A DNA stretch of 64,000 bases from Planctomycetota bacterium. Its GTDB lineage: Bacteria > Planctomycetota > UBA1135 > UBA2386. Location of the stretch: positions 96,001 through 160,000 of the forward strand of contig OZ245838.1 in the NCBI GenBank assembly GCA_965228735.1. Direction: 5' to 3'. Below the pieces are notes generated by a model, which saw only the letters and a program-made list of their open reading frames with translations, did no database searches and had not been told where the DNA came from. A program made the translations under genes and the position numbers. Shown piece after piece: positions 40,810-49,837 of this stretch; positions within the stretch are counted from its first letter, which is position 1, and each line of letters starts with the position of its first letter.

Positions 40810-42147
40810 ATGAAACGGTTCATGTTCTGGAAACGCGACGAGGAGGAGGCTCCGGCCGGGGCCACGGGACGGGATCCGGACGAGTCCAGTCTGTGGACCG
40901 GGGACGCTGCCGAGGACGCCCGATCGCTGCAGATCCTGCTCGACACGATCGCTGCGGTGACGGCCAATATCGACCTCGACGGCGTGCTCCGCGACATCGT
41001 CGACCGGTCGCTGGTCGTGACCCAGGCCGAGCGCGCCATCCTGCTGCTCGGCGGTTCGCCCGGGGAGCTGGCGGTCCGCGTGGCCCAGGACAAAGCGGGT
41101 CAGGAACTCGCCGGCGAACTGCAGTGGAGCCGCAGCCTCGTGAAGCGCTGCCTCGAGGAGCAGCAGGCCGTGCGCTCGGTCGTGCAGTCCGACCAGGAGG
41201 CGCTCGAGCTCGGCCAGTCGGTCTACGACCTCAAGCTGCGGGCCGTGATGTGCGCGCCGATGATGGCGCAGGAACGCATCGTCGGTGTGATCTACGTCGA
41301 CTCGCGCGCCGTGCGTCGCGAGTTCTCCGCGCGCGACCTCGGTCTGTTCGGCGCAATCTCGGCGCAGCTCGCGATCGCGGTCGAGAACGCGCGGCTGCAC
41401 GCCGACTCACTCGAGAAGGTCAAACTCCAGAAGGACATCGAGATCGCCCGGCGGATCCAACAGCACCTGCTGCCGTCCGTGCCGAGAAAGATCAAGGGTC
41501 TCCAGTTCGGTCTGCGCTACGAGGCGGCCGAGCAGGCGTCGGGGGACACCTACGACTTCATGCCGATGCGCGACGGGCGCTACGCGGTGATGATCGGTGA
41601 CGTGACCGGGCACGGCGTCGGTTCGGCGCTGCTCACGCACACCGTCCAGGCGGCGCTGCGCAGCTACCTCGAACTGCTCGACGATCCGAGCGAGATCGTG
41701 ACGCGACTCAACCGGCGACTCGTCGCGGGCGTCGAGACCGGTAACTTCATGTCGCTGCTGCTCGCGATCGTCGACCCGGAGAAGCGGACCCTGCAATACG
41801 TCAACGCCGGTCACCCCGGCGTGCTCGTGAGCGGGGCCGACGGTGTGACGGTGCACGAGCGCACGGGCATGGTGCTCGGCGTCGTCGACGACCAGACCTA
41901 CGAGGTCAGTCCGACGATCCAGCTCGCCGCGGGCGATCTGCTCTTCCTGTACACCGACGGCATCGACGAGGCGATGTCGCCCGACCGCGAGGTGTTCGGG
42001 ACCGAGCGGTTGCACGAGCTGCTCAAGGAATGCCGGTCGGAGAGCGCCAGCGGCGTGATCGACCAGGTGCAGGCGACCCTGGACCGGCACACCGGCAACG
42101 CGGCTCCCGAGGACGATTCGACGATGATCGCCGTCAAACTGCTGTGA
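40810..42147 (+). CDS. GAF + SpoIIE/PP2C serine phosphatase (RsbU-like)
   Basis: GAF domain; AR.IQ..LLP, SGDTYD, IGDVTGHG, NAGH, LYTDG, DD.T. Confidence 0.92.
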   Translation: MKRFMFWKRDEEEAPAGATGRDPDESSLWTGDAAEDARSLQILLDTIAAVTANIDLDGVLRDIVDRSLVVTQAERAILLLGGSPGELAVRVAQDKAGQELAGELQWSRSLVKRCLEEQQAVRSVVQSDQEALELGQSVYDLKLRAVMCAPMMAQERIVGVIYVDSRAVRREFSARDLGLFGAISAQLAIAVENARLHADSLEKVKLQKDIEIARRIQQHLLPSVPRKIKGLQFGLRYEAAEQASGDTYDFMPMRDGRYAVMIGDVTGHGVGSALLTHTVQAALRSYLELLDDPSEIVTRLNRRLVAGVETGNFMSLLLAIVDPEKRTLQYVNAGHPGVLVSGADGVTVHERTGMVLGVVDDQTYEVSPTIQLAAGDLLFLYTDGIDEAMSPDREVFGTERLHELLKECRSESASGVIDQVQATLDRHTGNAAPEDDSTMIAVKLL

Positions 42148-43082
42148 AGCTCCCTCCGACGCTGCTCGTTCCGATCGTTCTCGTCGTCGCCGCCGGCGGC
42201 TGGTTCGGCTACCAGTGGTATGCCGCCGACGCCGCGGTCGCGGCCGAACGCGCCAAACTGCTCGATCACATCGCCATCGAGCTGGCGAAGGACAACCCCG
42301 ACGGCAGCGAATTGTCGCTCCTCGTCGCGCGGATCAAGGAGTTCGACGACCACAAGACCGCGCCCGATCTGCTCGCGGCACTGACCCGCATCGAGCTGGA
42401 GCGCGAGAACGTGCAGCGGGCCTACGACCTGTTCGCGCCGGTGCTCGGCGGCCCGGTCGTTGCGCCCGACAACGCCGCGCTCGGCGCCACGGTGCTGCTG
42501 CGGCGGCAGGCGGCCGGCATGCCGGATCGCGGGTCGTCCGTGAAGCTGCTCGAAGAGGCGATCCCGCTCGCACTGCAGGCCTACGCCGACACGGGCGCGC
42601 CCGTGCACCTGCTGCGCTGCATGCTCGCGGCGATGCGCCTGTCGGACAAGGAGCGCGCCGCGCAGTTTGGCGATCGGTTGCTGGCCGAGAACGGCGGCTC
42701 GGCGGCCGCCGAGTTCGTGAACCTCGTGCGGAAGTTCTCCGACACGACCGCGCGCGTCGACGTGTTGAGTGTCGCGGATCGGATCGAAGAACCGGTCGGT
42801 GAGATCGACGCGATGCTCGCGGTGCTCGAGTTGAAGCGCACCGACGTCGAGACCGCGGCCAAAAAGATCGAGCGCGCGCTCGGGCTCTATCCTGGCATCG
42901 TCGAAGTTCGCGTCGTGGCGTTCGGCGTGTTCGCCGCGGGCGTTGCCGGCAGCGCTGAGGGCAGTCCCGAGCGGGAGCGCTGGCGGGTGCGTCGCGACGC
43001 TCAGCTCGACTGGCTGCTCGAGCACGCCGCGCCCGACGATCCGCGCCGCGAGATCTGGGTGCAGGTGCGCGAGCAGCGCTGA
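42144..43082 (+). CDS. Membrane-anchored TPR-like helical hypothetical protein
   Basis: GTG start overlapping the phosphatase stop; N-terminal TM; helical repeats. Confidence 0.65.
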   Translation: MKLPPTLLVPIVLVVAAGGWFGYQWYAADAAVAAERAKLLDHIAIELAKDNPDGSELSLLVARIKEFDDHKTAPDLLAALTRIELERENVQRAYDLFAPVLGGPVVAPDNAALGATVLLRRQAAGMPDRGSSVKLLEEAIPLALQAYADTGAPVHLLRCMLAAMRLSDKERAAQFGDRLLAENGGSAAAEFVNLVRKFSDTTARVDVLSVADRIEEPVGEIDAMLAVLELKRTDVETAAKKIERALGLYPGIVEVRVVAFGVFAAGVAGSAEGSPERERWRVRRDAQLDWLLEHAAPDDPRREIWVQVREQR

Positions 43083-43132
43083 CCTTCGGGCCTTCGCCTT
43101 CGGGATCTGGATGTCTTCGGGGATCCCGATCC

Positions 43133-44005
43133 TCAGGCCGTCCGCGCGACGAACGCCGCGCCGACCACAAGACCGATCGCGACCGCGGCGAACAGCGGCG
43201 CGATGGCCCATCGCGGCACGCCGCGGTGGTGCACGATGTGGGTGAGGTGCCGCCGGTCGCCGACCCACGGCGCGAGGCCGAGCGCGATGCGCGCGATGAC
43301 GACCTGCGTGAAATCGAGGAACGGCACGGCGACCGCGGCCAGGGCCCAGGGGTCGAGCACGGCGGCGCGCGCGGCGACGGTCGAGGTCGCGATGCCGAGC
43401 AGGTAGGCCCCGGAATCGCCGAGGAACACGCGCGCCCGCGGCCAGTTGAACGGCAGGAACCCGAGCGCGGCGAAGCCGATCGCGGCGAACGGGCCGGTGC
43501 CCGCCGCGAGCGCGATGAGGCTGACCGCGGCGAGACTCGCGGTGACGCCGTTCATGTTGTCGAGGAAGTTCGTCGCGTTGGTGAGCACGAACGCGAACAC
43601 CACGACCGCCGCGAAGAGCCCCGGGCGCGCCATCGGGTCGACCGTTCCCGCGGCGACGAGCCCGGCCGCGACGAACAGCCCGACGGCCTTGAGGCGCCAG
43701 TCGAGGTCGCGATCGTGCTCCTTGCCGCGATCGTCGAACCAGCCGACCGCCGCGGCGACGACGACCGCTGCGAGCGCGAACCAGTCCTGCAGCAGGCCGA
43801 GCCAGACTCCGGCGACCGGCAGCAGCAGGATGCCGGCGAGCGGGATCGGTCGCCCGTGCTGTTTGCGGGCGGGCCCGGGCGGGTCGTCCGGCAGCCAACC
43901 GACGACGTGGCGGTTGAGCCAGTAGCCCACGAGCACGAGCGTCGCCGTCGTGGGGGCGGCGAGCGCGGCGAGGCCGATCGGCCGAAGCGCCTCGAGGTCG
44001 ATCAT
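43133..44005 (-). CDS. MraY/WecA family polyprenyl-phosphate sugar-1-phosphate transferase (Glycos_transf_4)
   Basis: RKQH..P.P..G, GWFDD, NATNFLDNMNG, GFLPFNWP.A.VFLGDSG, DRRHL.H. Confidence 0.88.
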   Translation of the reverse strand: MIDLEALRPIGLAALAAPTTATLVLVGYWLNRHVVGWLPDDPPGPARKQHGRPIPLAGILLLPVAGVWLGLLQDWFALAAVVVAAAVGWFDDRGKEHDRDLDWRLKAVGLFVAAGLVAAGTVDPMARPGLFAAVVVFAFVLTNATNFLDNMNGVTASLAAVSLIALAAGTGPFAAIGFAALGFLPFNWPRARVFLGDSGAYLLGIATSTVAARAAVLDPWALAAVAVPFLDFTQVVIARIALGLAPWVGDRRHLTHIVHHRGVPRWAIAPLFAAVAIGLVVGAAFVARTA

Positions 44006-44679
44006 GACGCCGCGTAGAGAGCGTGGTCCGCGGCGTAGGCGAGCACGGTGGGGTCGACCTCGGCGACTGGCTGACCGGTCGCGAGCCGCCGCCGCACGGT
44101 CGTCGCGGCGACGTCGTCGGCCGGCAGATCGAGGACGTGATCGAGGAGCGCCTGCCGTTCGGCGGCCGTGAGGTCGAGGTCGGCCAGCGCTGCGGCGCAG
44201 ACCGGATGGCCCTGCCGCGGCCAGGTGACGACCGTCGCCAGCGCGAGCACGCGGTGGTGGTCGTGCCAGCTCGGGAGCAATGGCAGATTGTCGCTGCCGA
44301 TCAGGAAGTAGAGCGGGCGATCGGGGAACTCGGCCTGCAGCTCGGCGAGCGTCTCCGCCGTGTAGGACAGGCCCGGACGGTGCAGTTCGCGATCGTCGAC
44401 GACGACGTCCGGCAGCTCGCCGAACGCCAGCTCGCACATCCGCAGTCGGTGCGCCGCGGCCGTCATGCCGCGATCCTGCTTGTGGGGGTGATCGCCCGCC
44501 GGAATCACCCGGACCTCCGTCACGGGCAGGCTCCGGAGGGCCTCACGGGCGATTCGCAGATGGGTGCGATGCGGTGGATCGAACGAGCCGCCGAGAATCG
44601 CGATGCCGGCCGCTGCGGGCCGCTCCGCGGGCTCTCCGCTCGGTTCTGGTCCGTGGTCCTGCGCGCTCGGCACGTTCAT
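44002..44679 (-). CDS. nadD: Nicotinate-nucleotide adenylyltransferase
   Basis: GGSFDPPH.TH, PHK, SYTAETL, LIGSD, SW. Confidence 0.93.
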   Translation of the reverse strand: MNVPSAQDHGPEPSGEPAERPAAAGIAILGGSFDPPHRTHLRIAREALRSLPVTEVRVIPAGDHPHKQDRGMTAAAHRLRMCELAFGELPDVVVDDRELHRPGLSYTAETLAELQAEFPDRPLYFLIGSDNLPLLPSWHDHHRVLALATVVTWPRQGHPVCAAALADLDLTAAERQALLDHVLDLPADDVAATTVRRRLATGQPVAEVDPTVLAYAADHALYAAS

Positions 44680-44843
44680 CGGCGGCGTCCGCAGGCTACC
44701 CGCGCAGCGGTCCGGCGGGGCCGTCAAGTTGCCCGAAAACCCAGTTGCACCGCCATTTGCCCCTAGCTACCTTCCGTCACTCCCCCGACCGCCGACACGT
44801 CCCGTCGGCGATCCCGATCGACCCCTCTCCGCTACGGATTCTC

Positions 44844-45209
44844 ATGCGTAAGCTCGCACTCGCCCTTGCTCTCCTCCCGATGGCCGCCTGCTCGTCGTGG
44901 GGCAGTGGTCTGACCGAAGAACAGCGTCAGCGCGGCATCAAGCCGGTCTCGACGCTCTCGAGCGACTACGAGAGCAAGGCCTTCTGGACGCGCCTCGACC
45001 AGAGCGCTGACGGCCGCGCCAACGCGTTCGGCCGCGACCTGCGCCGCGTCGGCGACTTCTTCGATCGCCACTTCTGGAACTACGACGCCAACGATCCTTA
45101 CGTGAACTACCCGACGGATACGACGCGACTCGGTCACACCGGTCGCGCCGGAGCGAGCTTCGCTTCGTCGCTCCCCGTCGTTGGGGACGTTTGGTCGTAT
45201 TTTCGGTAG
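44844..45209 (+). CDS. Small hypothetical lipoprotein
   Basis: MRKLALALALLPMAA-C signal peptide and lipobox. Confidence 0.75.
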   Translation: MRKLALALALLPMAACSSWGSGLTEEQRQRGIKPVSTLSSDYESKAFWTRLDQSADGRANAFGRDLRRVGDFFDRHFWNYDANDPYVNYPTDTTRLGHTGRAGASFASSLPVVGDVWSYFR

Positions 45210-45254
45210 GGGTCGCGGCGGCGCGACCGGTGTGACCGAGTCGCGTCGTATCCG
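45115..45254. repeat. Perfect 36-bp inverted repeat: CDS segment 45115-45150 copied in antisense at 45219-45254
   Basis: CGGATACGACGCGACTCGGTCACACCGGTCGCGCCG and its exact reverse complement. Confidence 0.9.
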
Positions 45255-45464
45255 CGCAGTTTTGCGCTCGGCGCGCAGCCGGCTGCTCGAGCCGGGGGCG
45301 CGAGACGCCCGCCCCGTGGAGCGAGATGCGCCGGGGCTAGATGGCGAGGAGGCGCATTGGGTTTTGCGCCTGTCGGCTTCGCCGACGTGGCGCGGATGCG
45401 TCTTCACAACTGGACCTGTCGGTTGTGAACGTACCGAACCCGTTTTGAATCCGCCACTCGGTGG

Positions 45465-45563
45465 TTAGCTCGCTTGCCAGGTCGCCAGTTTTCGGTGCCT
45501 GCCCGTACGGAACCGGGTTCGTGGTGCCGGGGTCTAGGTCGCTTGCCAGGTCGCTAGTTTTCG
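45465..45563 (-). repeat. About 30-bp direct duplication of the rsmG 3' end flanking a REP-like unit
   Basis: TTAGCTCGCTTGCCAGGTCGCCAGTTTTCG (45465-45494) vs CTAGGTCGCTTGCCAGGTCGCTAGTTTTCG (45534-45563); CCCGTACGGAACCGGGTTC lies between them. Confidence 0.8.
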
Positions 45564-46199
45564 TTGGCGGTTGGCGGGAGCTGGGAGGGTGTAGGGGAGT
45601 TCGGTTTGGAGGCGGAACCGGCCTAGTTTGGGTGGGGTCTCGGCGTCTTCTTCGAGCCAGAGGGTGAGGTGGCCGCCGGGGCGGCATAGGGGGGCGGCCA
45701 GGGGGGCTAGGGCTTCGGGGCGGGCTACGGCGCGGGCGGTGATGAGGTCGAACGCGTGGCGCAGGTCGGGTTGGAGTTTGGGGGCCTGGGCGGCGTCGAG
45801 CTGGATGGTGTCGATGGTGTTCAGGCCGGCCGTGAGGAGGCAGGTGCCGACGGCGCGGACCTTCTTGCCGGTCTTGTCCATGAGCAGGGTCGTGGCCTTG
45901 GGGTGGAGGGCCGCGACGCAGACGCCGGGGAAGCCGTTGCCGGTGCCCAGGTCGAGGATGTGGCGGGGGCGCAGGCCCGTGCGGGCGAACGCTAGGCCGT
46001 CGAGAACGTGCAGGATCAGCGCCTGCTCGGGGTCGCGCACGCCCGTGAGGTTGATGCGTTGGTTGAGGTCGAGCATCGCGTCGAGGTAGGCGAGGAGGCG
46101 GTCGCCGGTCTCGGGTGTGATCTTGGCCGAGAGTTCGGCCGCCTGGGTCAGCAGGAACGTGCGGCGGTCGGCGTCGCTTCTCGTGGGCTCGTCGGTCAT
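45534..46199 (-). CDS. rsmG: 16S rRNA (guanine(527)-N7)-methyltransferase RsmG
   Basis: N.RINLT, H.LD, LDLGTG.GFPG, D...KK, FD..TARAV. Confidence 0.92.
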   Translation of the reverse strand: MTDEPTRSDADRRTFLLTQAAELSAKITPETGDRLLAYLDAMLDLNQRINLTGVRDPEQALILHVLDGLAFARTGLRPRHILDLGTGNGFPGVCVAALHPKATTLLMDKTGKKVRAVGTCLLTAGLNTIDTIQLDAAQAPKLQPDLRHAFDLITARAVARPEALAPLAAPLCRPGGHLTLWLEEDAETPPKLGRFRLQTELPYTLPAPANRQRKLATWQAT

Positions 46200-46233
46200 C
46201 GTTCGCGTTCGGTTGCGCTGGCTTGCGCGGTGC

Positions 46234-47211
46234 TCAACTCGGCGTCGTCGCGAGGGCGGTCTGCAGGCCATCGACGCCGGCGCTCGGGTCGAGCCAGGTG
46301 ATCTCGGGCAGGCGGCGCAGCCACGTGGTCTGGCGGCGGATGAGCTTGTGCGTGCTGCGGCGGATGCGGTTGCGGAGCTCCTCGCGGTCCTTGTAGCGCC
46401 CGCGCAGGAAGTCGCGGCATTCGGCGTAGCCGATCGCAGCGCCTGCGGTGCGTGAGAAGCCGCCGCGCTGCTCGATCGCTTCCGTCTCCGCGAGCAGGCC
46501 GCCGTCGAGCATCGCCTCGGTGCGGGCGCGGACGCGCGCGTGCAGGTCATCGCGCTGCCGCTGGACCGCGACGATGCGGCACGGCCGGCGCCACTGCTGG
46601 CTCTCGAAGTGATCCTGTTGCGAGCTGATCGGCCTGCCCGTGAGTCGGTGGTATTCGAGCGCGCGCACGAGGCGGCGGCGGTCCTTGCAGTGGATACGGC
46701 TCGCGGCCTCGGGATCGACGGTCGCGAGTTCCGCGTGCAGGCAGCCCGGCGCGTTCGCCTCGCGCGCCTCGAGCTCCGCGCGGATCTTCGGGTCGGCGGC
46801 CGGGCCATCGAGCATGCCCTTGAAGAACGCCATGAGGTAGAGCGGCGTGCCGCCGACGAACAACGCCCGCTTGCCGCGGCGCTCGACGTCCTGCAGTGCG
46901 GTTGCCGCGGCGTCACACCAGCGTGCGGTGTCGAACGTCTCGGTCGGTTCGACGAGGTCGACGAGGTGATGCGCGACGCGCTCGCGTTCGGCGGCGGTCG
47001 GCTTGGCCGTGCCGACGTCCATGTGCCGGTAGACCGCCATCGAGTCCATGGACAGCACCTCGAGGTCGTGGCGTTCGGCCAGTTCGATCGCGAGCCCGGT
47101 CTTGCCCGCCGCTGTCGGGCCGGTCACGACCCAATGCCGCGTACGGGGGCTCGGAACGTCCGCTGTCGGGGCGTTCGCGGGCGGCACTAGTGGGTCGTTC
47201 TCGGCGGTCAC
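46234..47211 (-). CDS. miaA: tRNA dimethylallyltransferase
   Basis: GPTAAGKT, DSM.VY..MDVGTAKP, HHLVD, GGT.LY, RALE, AIGY.E, RRQ.TW; start uncertain. Confidence 0.95.
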   Translation of the reverse strand: MTAENDPLVPPANAPTADVPSPRTRHWVVTGPTAAGKTGLAIELAERHDLEVLSMDSMAVYRHMDVGTAKPTAAERERVAHHLVDLVEPTETFDTARWCDAAATALQDVERRGKRALFVGGTPLYLMAFFKGMLDGPAADPKIRAELEAREANAPGCLHAELATVDPEAASRIHCKDRRRLVRALEYHRLTGRPISSQQDHFESQQWRRPCRIVAVQRQRDDLHARVRARTEAMLDGGLLAETEAIEQRGGFSRTAGAAIGYAECRDFLRGRYKDREELRNRIRRSTHKLIRRQTTWLRRLPEITWLDPSAGVDGLQTALATTPS

Positions 47212-47314
47212 GGCGGGGGCGCAGGAACTTACCGGCTGCGGCTTTGCACGTCGCGTCTTCGGGCCGTAACCTGCCCGGCCACTTTCGCGGCCCCTGGCCC
47301 AGACCCCTCCGGCA

Positions 47315-48082
47315 ATGATCGCGTTCCTGTCCGACATCCACAGCAACATCGAGGCGCTCTCGGTCGCCTTCGCCGAGGTCGACAAGCTCGGCTGTGACCG
47401 CGTGATCTGCCTCGGCGACGTGATCGGTTACGGCCCACAGCCGCGCCAGGCGCTCGCCACCATCATGGCTCGCGCCGAGTTCACGATCCTCGGCAACCAC
47501 GAGCACGGCGCGATGTTCTACGCGTCGGACTTCAACCCGCGCGCGCGCGCCGCGATCGACTGGACGCGCGACCAGCTCTCCCGCCGCGACACCCCGCGCG
47601 AGGAGAACATGAAGTTCTGGAACTACCTCGACGAGATGAAGCAGGAGCGGCGCGACGGCAAGATGCTGTTCGTGCACGGCTCGCCGCGCGATCCCGTGCG
47701 GGAATACCTCGTTCCGCGCGACGCGACGGACAAGGACAAGATGGCCGGCTGCTTCGAGAAGATGGGCGACGCGCACCTGTGCTTCGTCGGCCACAGCCAC
47801 GTGCCGGGCGTCTACCTCGAGTCCGGTCAGTTCCTCATGCCCGCCGACATCGGCATGGAATGGCAGGTCAGCGAGCGCGCGATCGTCAACATCGGCTCCG
47901 TCGGCCAGCCGCGCGACGGCGATCGGCGGCTGTCGTTCGTGACCTACGACGGCACGGATGGCACCGACGGCACGGTCCGGTTCCACCGGCTCGAGTACGA
48001 CGTCGAAGCGACGATGCAGAAGATCCGCGACATCCCCGAGCTGCCCGACTACCTCGCCGACCGGCTCGCGCAGGGGCGCTGA
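47315..48082 (+). CDS. Metallophosphoesterase family protein
   Basis: SDIHSN, LGDVIGYG, GNHE, HGSP, GHSH, N.GSVGQPRD. Confidence 0.92.
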   Translation: MIAFLSDIHSNIEALSVAFAEVDKLGCDRVICLGDVIGYGPQPRQALATIMARAEFTILGNHEHGAMFYASDFNPRARAAIDWTRDQLSRRDTPREENMKFWNYLDEMKQERRDGKMLFVHGSPRDPVREYLVPRDATDKDKMAGCFEKMGDAHLCFVGHSHVPGVYLESGQFLMPADIGMEWQVSERAIVNIGSVGQPRDGDRRLSFVTYDGTDGTDGTVRFHRLEYDVEATMQKIRDIPELPDYLADRLAQGR

Positions 48083-48130
48083 GTCCTGTCGTCCCTGGCT
48101 CCCGCCCGTTCACCGAGTAGCGCCCCCGCG

Positions 48131-49837
48131 ATGCTGAAGTCGTTCCGTTTCGTCCTCTTCGCCGTTCTGCTGCTGAGCGGGCTCCTTCGCGCGCAGGACA
48201 ATCCGTTCTTCACGGAGTCGTACGGCCGCGAGAACGAGTTCGGCAGCTTCCGCGTGACGTTCGACAAGCGCGGTGCCGGCATCTTCTCGGTGCAGTTGCT
48301 CGATCACTGGCAGGACGTCGAGGCGAGTCAGAAGGACCCGCACGAGACCGGCGACTACATGCTCCTCGTGCACGAGGAGAACAACGACACGCACGACTAC
48401 GCGCTGCGGCTCGGTGAGATCGGGCTCGCACGGCTGTTCGAGCAGGATCTCCTGGTGGCTCCGTGGGAGATGCGCGAGCTCGACGGCAAAGCCGGGGTCG
48501 AGTTCACGATCCGTTCGGGGGGCTTCGTGTTGCGCAAGACCCTGCGCCACGTGCCGGAGGAGCGCGGCTTCGAGTTCACGATCGCGCTGCGCAACGAGAG
48601 CGCCGAACCCGCTGTCGGCGCGACTGCGTCGTTCGAGCTGCGTGGTCCGTGGCTCGCCAACCCGTCGCACACGACGCTCGTCGGCAACTCGTCGGTCGCG
48701 CTGGCCGTGACCGGCGCGGGAGAAATCGGCAAGCTGACGCCGGCGGCCGGCAAGCCGCAGCGGTTCGACGAGACCGAGATCACGCCGAGCGAGATCTCGT
48801 TCGCCGGGACGACGAGCCGCTTCTTCGGTGCGTTCCTCTACCCGCGCGACGAGATGGCGCGCAACGTCCTCACCGACTTCATCGCGGACACCGGGCCGGC
48901 CGTGCCGCAGCCGCTCACCGAGACCGCGGCCAACACGGTCATGCGGCTGCGCTACCGGATGACGTTGCCGATCCCGACGGCCGGGAACGAGACCGTCGCG
49001 ACCTACGGCCTCTATCTCGGGCCGAAGTCGACCCGCGAGTTCGAGAAGCTGCCGGCCGTGATGCAGGAGAAGTTCGCACCCGTGATCGACGTCGATCTCG
49101 CGGGCGGCTGCTGCATCGAGATCCCGGGCGCGCGCCAGGTCGGCTACCTGCTGCTCGCGCTGCTCGGCTGGTTCTACGACTTCGTCGGCAACTGGGGGGT
49201 CGCGATCATCATGCTGACCGTGCTCGTGCGCGGTCTGCTGATGCCGCTCAACTTCCGCATGCAGAAGTCGATGCGGGCCTACAGCAGCAAGATGGCGGTG
49301 CTCAAACCCAAGCTCGACAAGCTCAAGGAACAGCACGCCGACGACCCGAAGGCCTATCAGCAGGCCATGCTCGCGTTCCAGCGCGAGCACAAGATCATGC
49401 CGCCGATCGGCGGGTGCCTGCCGATCTTCCTCACGATGCCGGTCTACATCGGCCTCTTCACCGCGCTGCGCACGGCCTACGACCTGCGGCAGCAGCCGTT
49501 CATGTTCTGGATCCAGGACCTGAGCCTGTCGGACGCGCTGTTCGAGCTGCCGTTCTGGCCCGGCGTCTTCAACCTGCTCCCGCTCCTCTGGATGGGCCTG
49601 TTCCTCTACCTGTCGACGCGCCAGCCGCTGCCGACCGACGAACAGCAGCGCAGCATCCAGAAGATGATGCGCCTCATGCCGCTCATCATGGGCGTGATGC
49701 TCTACGGCTACGCCTCGGCGCTGCTGCTCTACATGGTGACGTCGATGGTGTGGTCCCTCGCCGAGAGCTCGATCATCAAGAAGATCCTCGGCCCGGTGGA
49801 CCCGAACGTGGCGGCGATGACTCCTACCCCGATGTAG
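48131..49837 (+). CDS. yidC: Membrane protein insertase YidC
   Basis: Periplasmic domain, YLGPK, GNWGVAII.LT.LVR, GGCLP, F.WI.DLS..D. Confidence 0.95.
   Translation: MLKSFRFVLFAVLLLSGLLRAQDNPFFTESYGRENEFGSFRVTFDKRGAGIFSVQLLDHWQDVEASQKDPHETGDYMLLVHEENNDTHDYALRLGEIGLARLFEQDLLVAPWEMRELDGKAGVEFTIRSGGFVLRKTLRHVPEERGFEFTIALRNESAEPAVGATASFELRGPWLANPSHTTLVGNSSVALAVTGAGEIGKLTPAAGKPQRFDETEITPSEISFAGTTSRFFGAFLYPRDEMARNVLTDFIADTGPAVPQPLTETAANTVMRLRYRMTLPIPTAGNETVATYGLYLGPKSTREFEKLPAVMQEKFAPVIDVDLAGGCCIEIPGARQVGYLLLALLGWFYDFVGNWGVAIIMLTVLVRGLLMPLNFRMQKSMRAYSSKMAVLKPKLDKLKEQHADDPKAYQQAMLAFQREHKIMPPIGGCLPIFLTMPVYIGLFTALRTAYDLRQQPFMFWIQDLSLSDALFELPFWPGVFNLLPLLWMGLFLYLSTRQPLPTDEQQRSIQKMMRLMPLIMGVMLYGYASALLLYMVTSMVWSLAESSIIKKILGPVDPNVAAMTPTPM

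Noticed and set aside
43083..43132. CTTCGG-rich convergent gap as an ncRNA
   Set aside because: Only about 50 nt with weak stems; at most a terminator-like hairpin.
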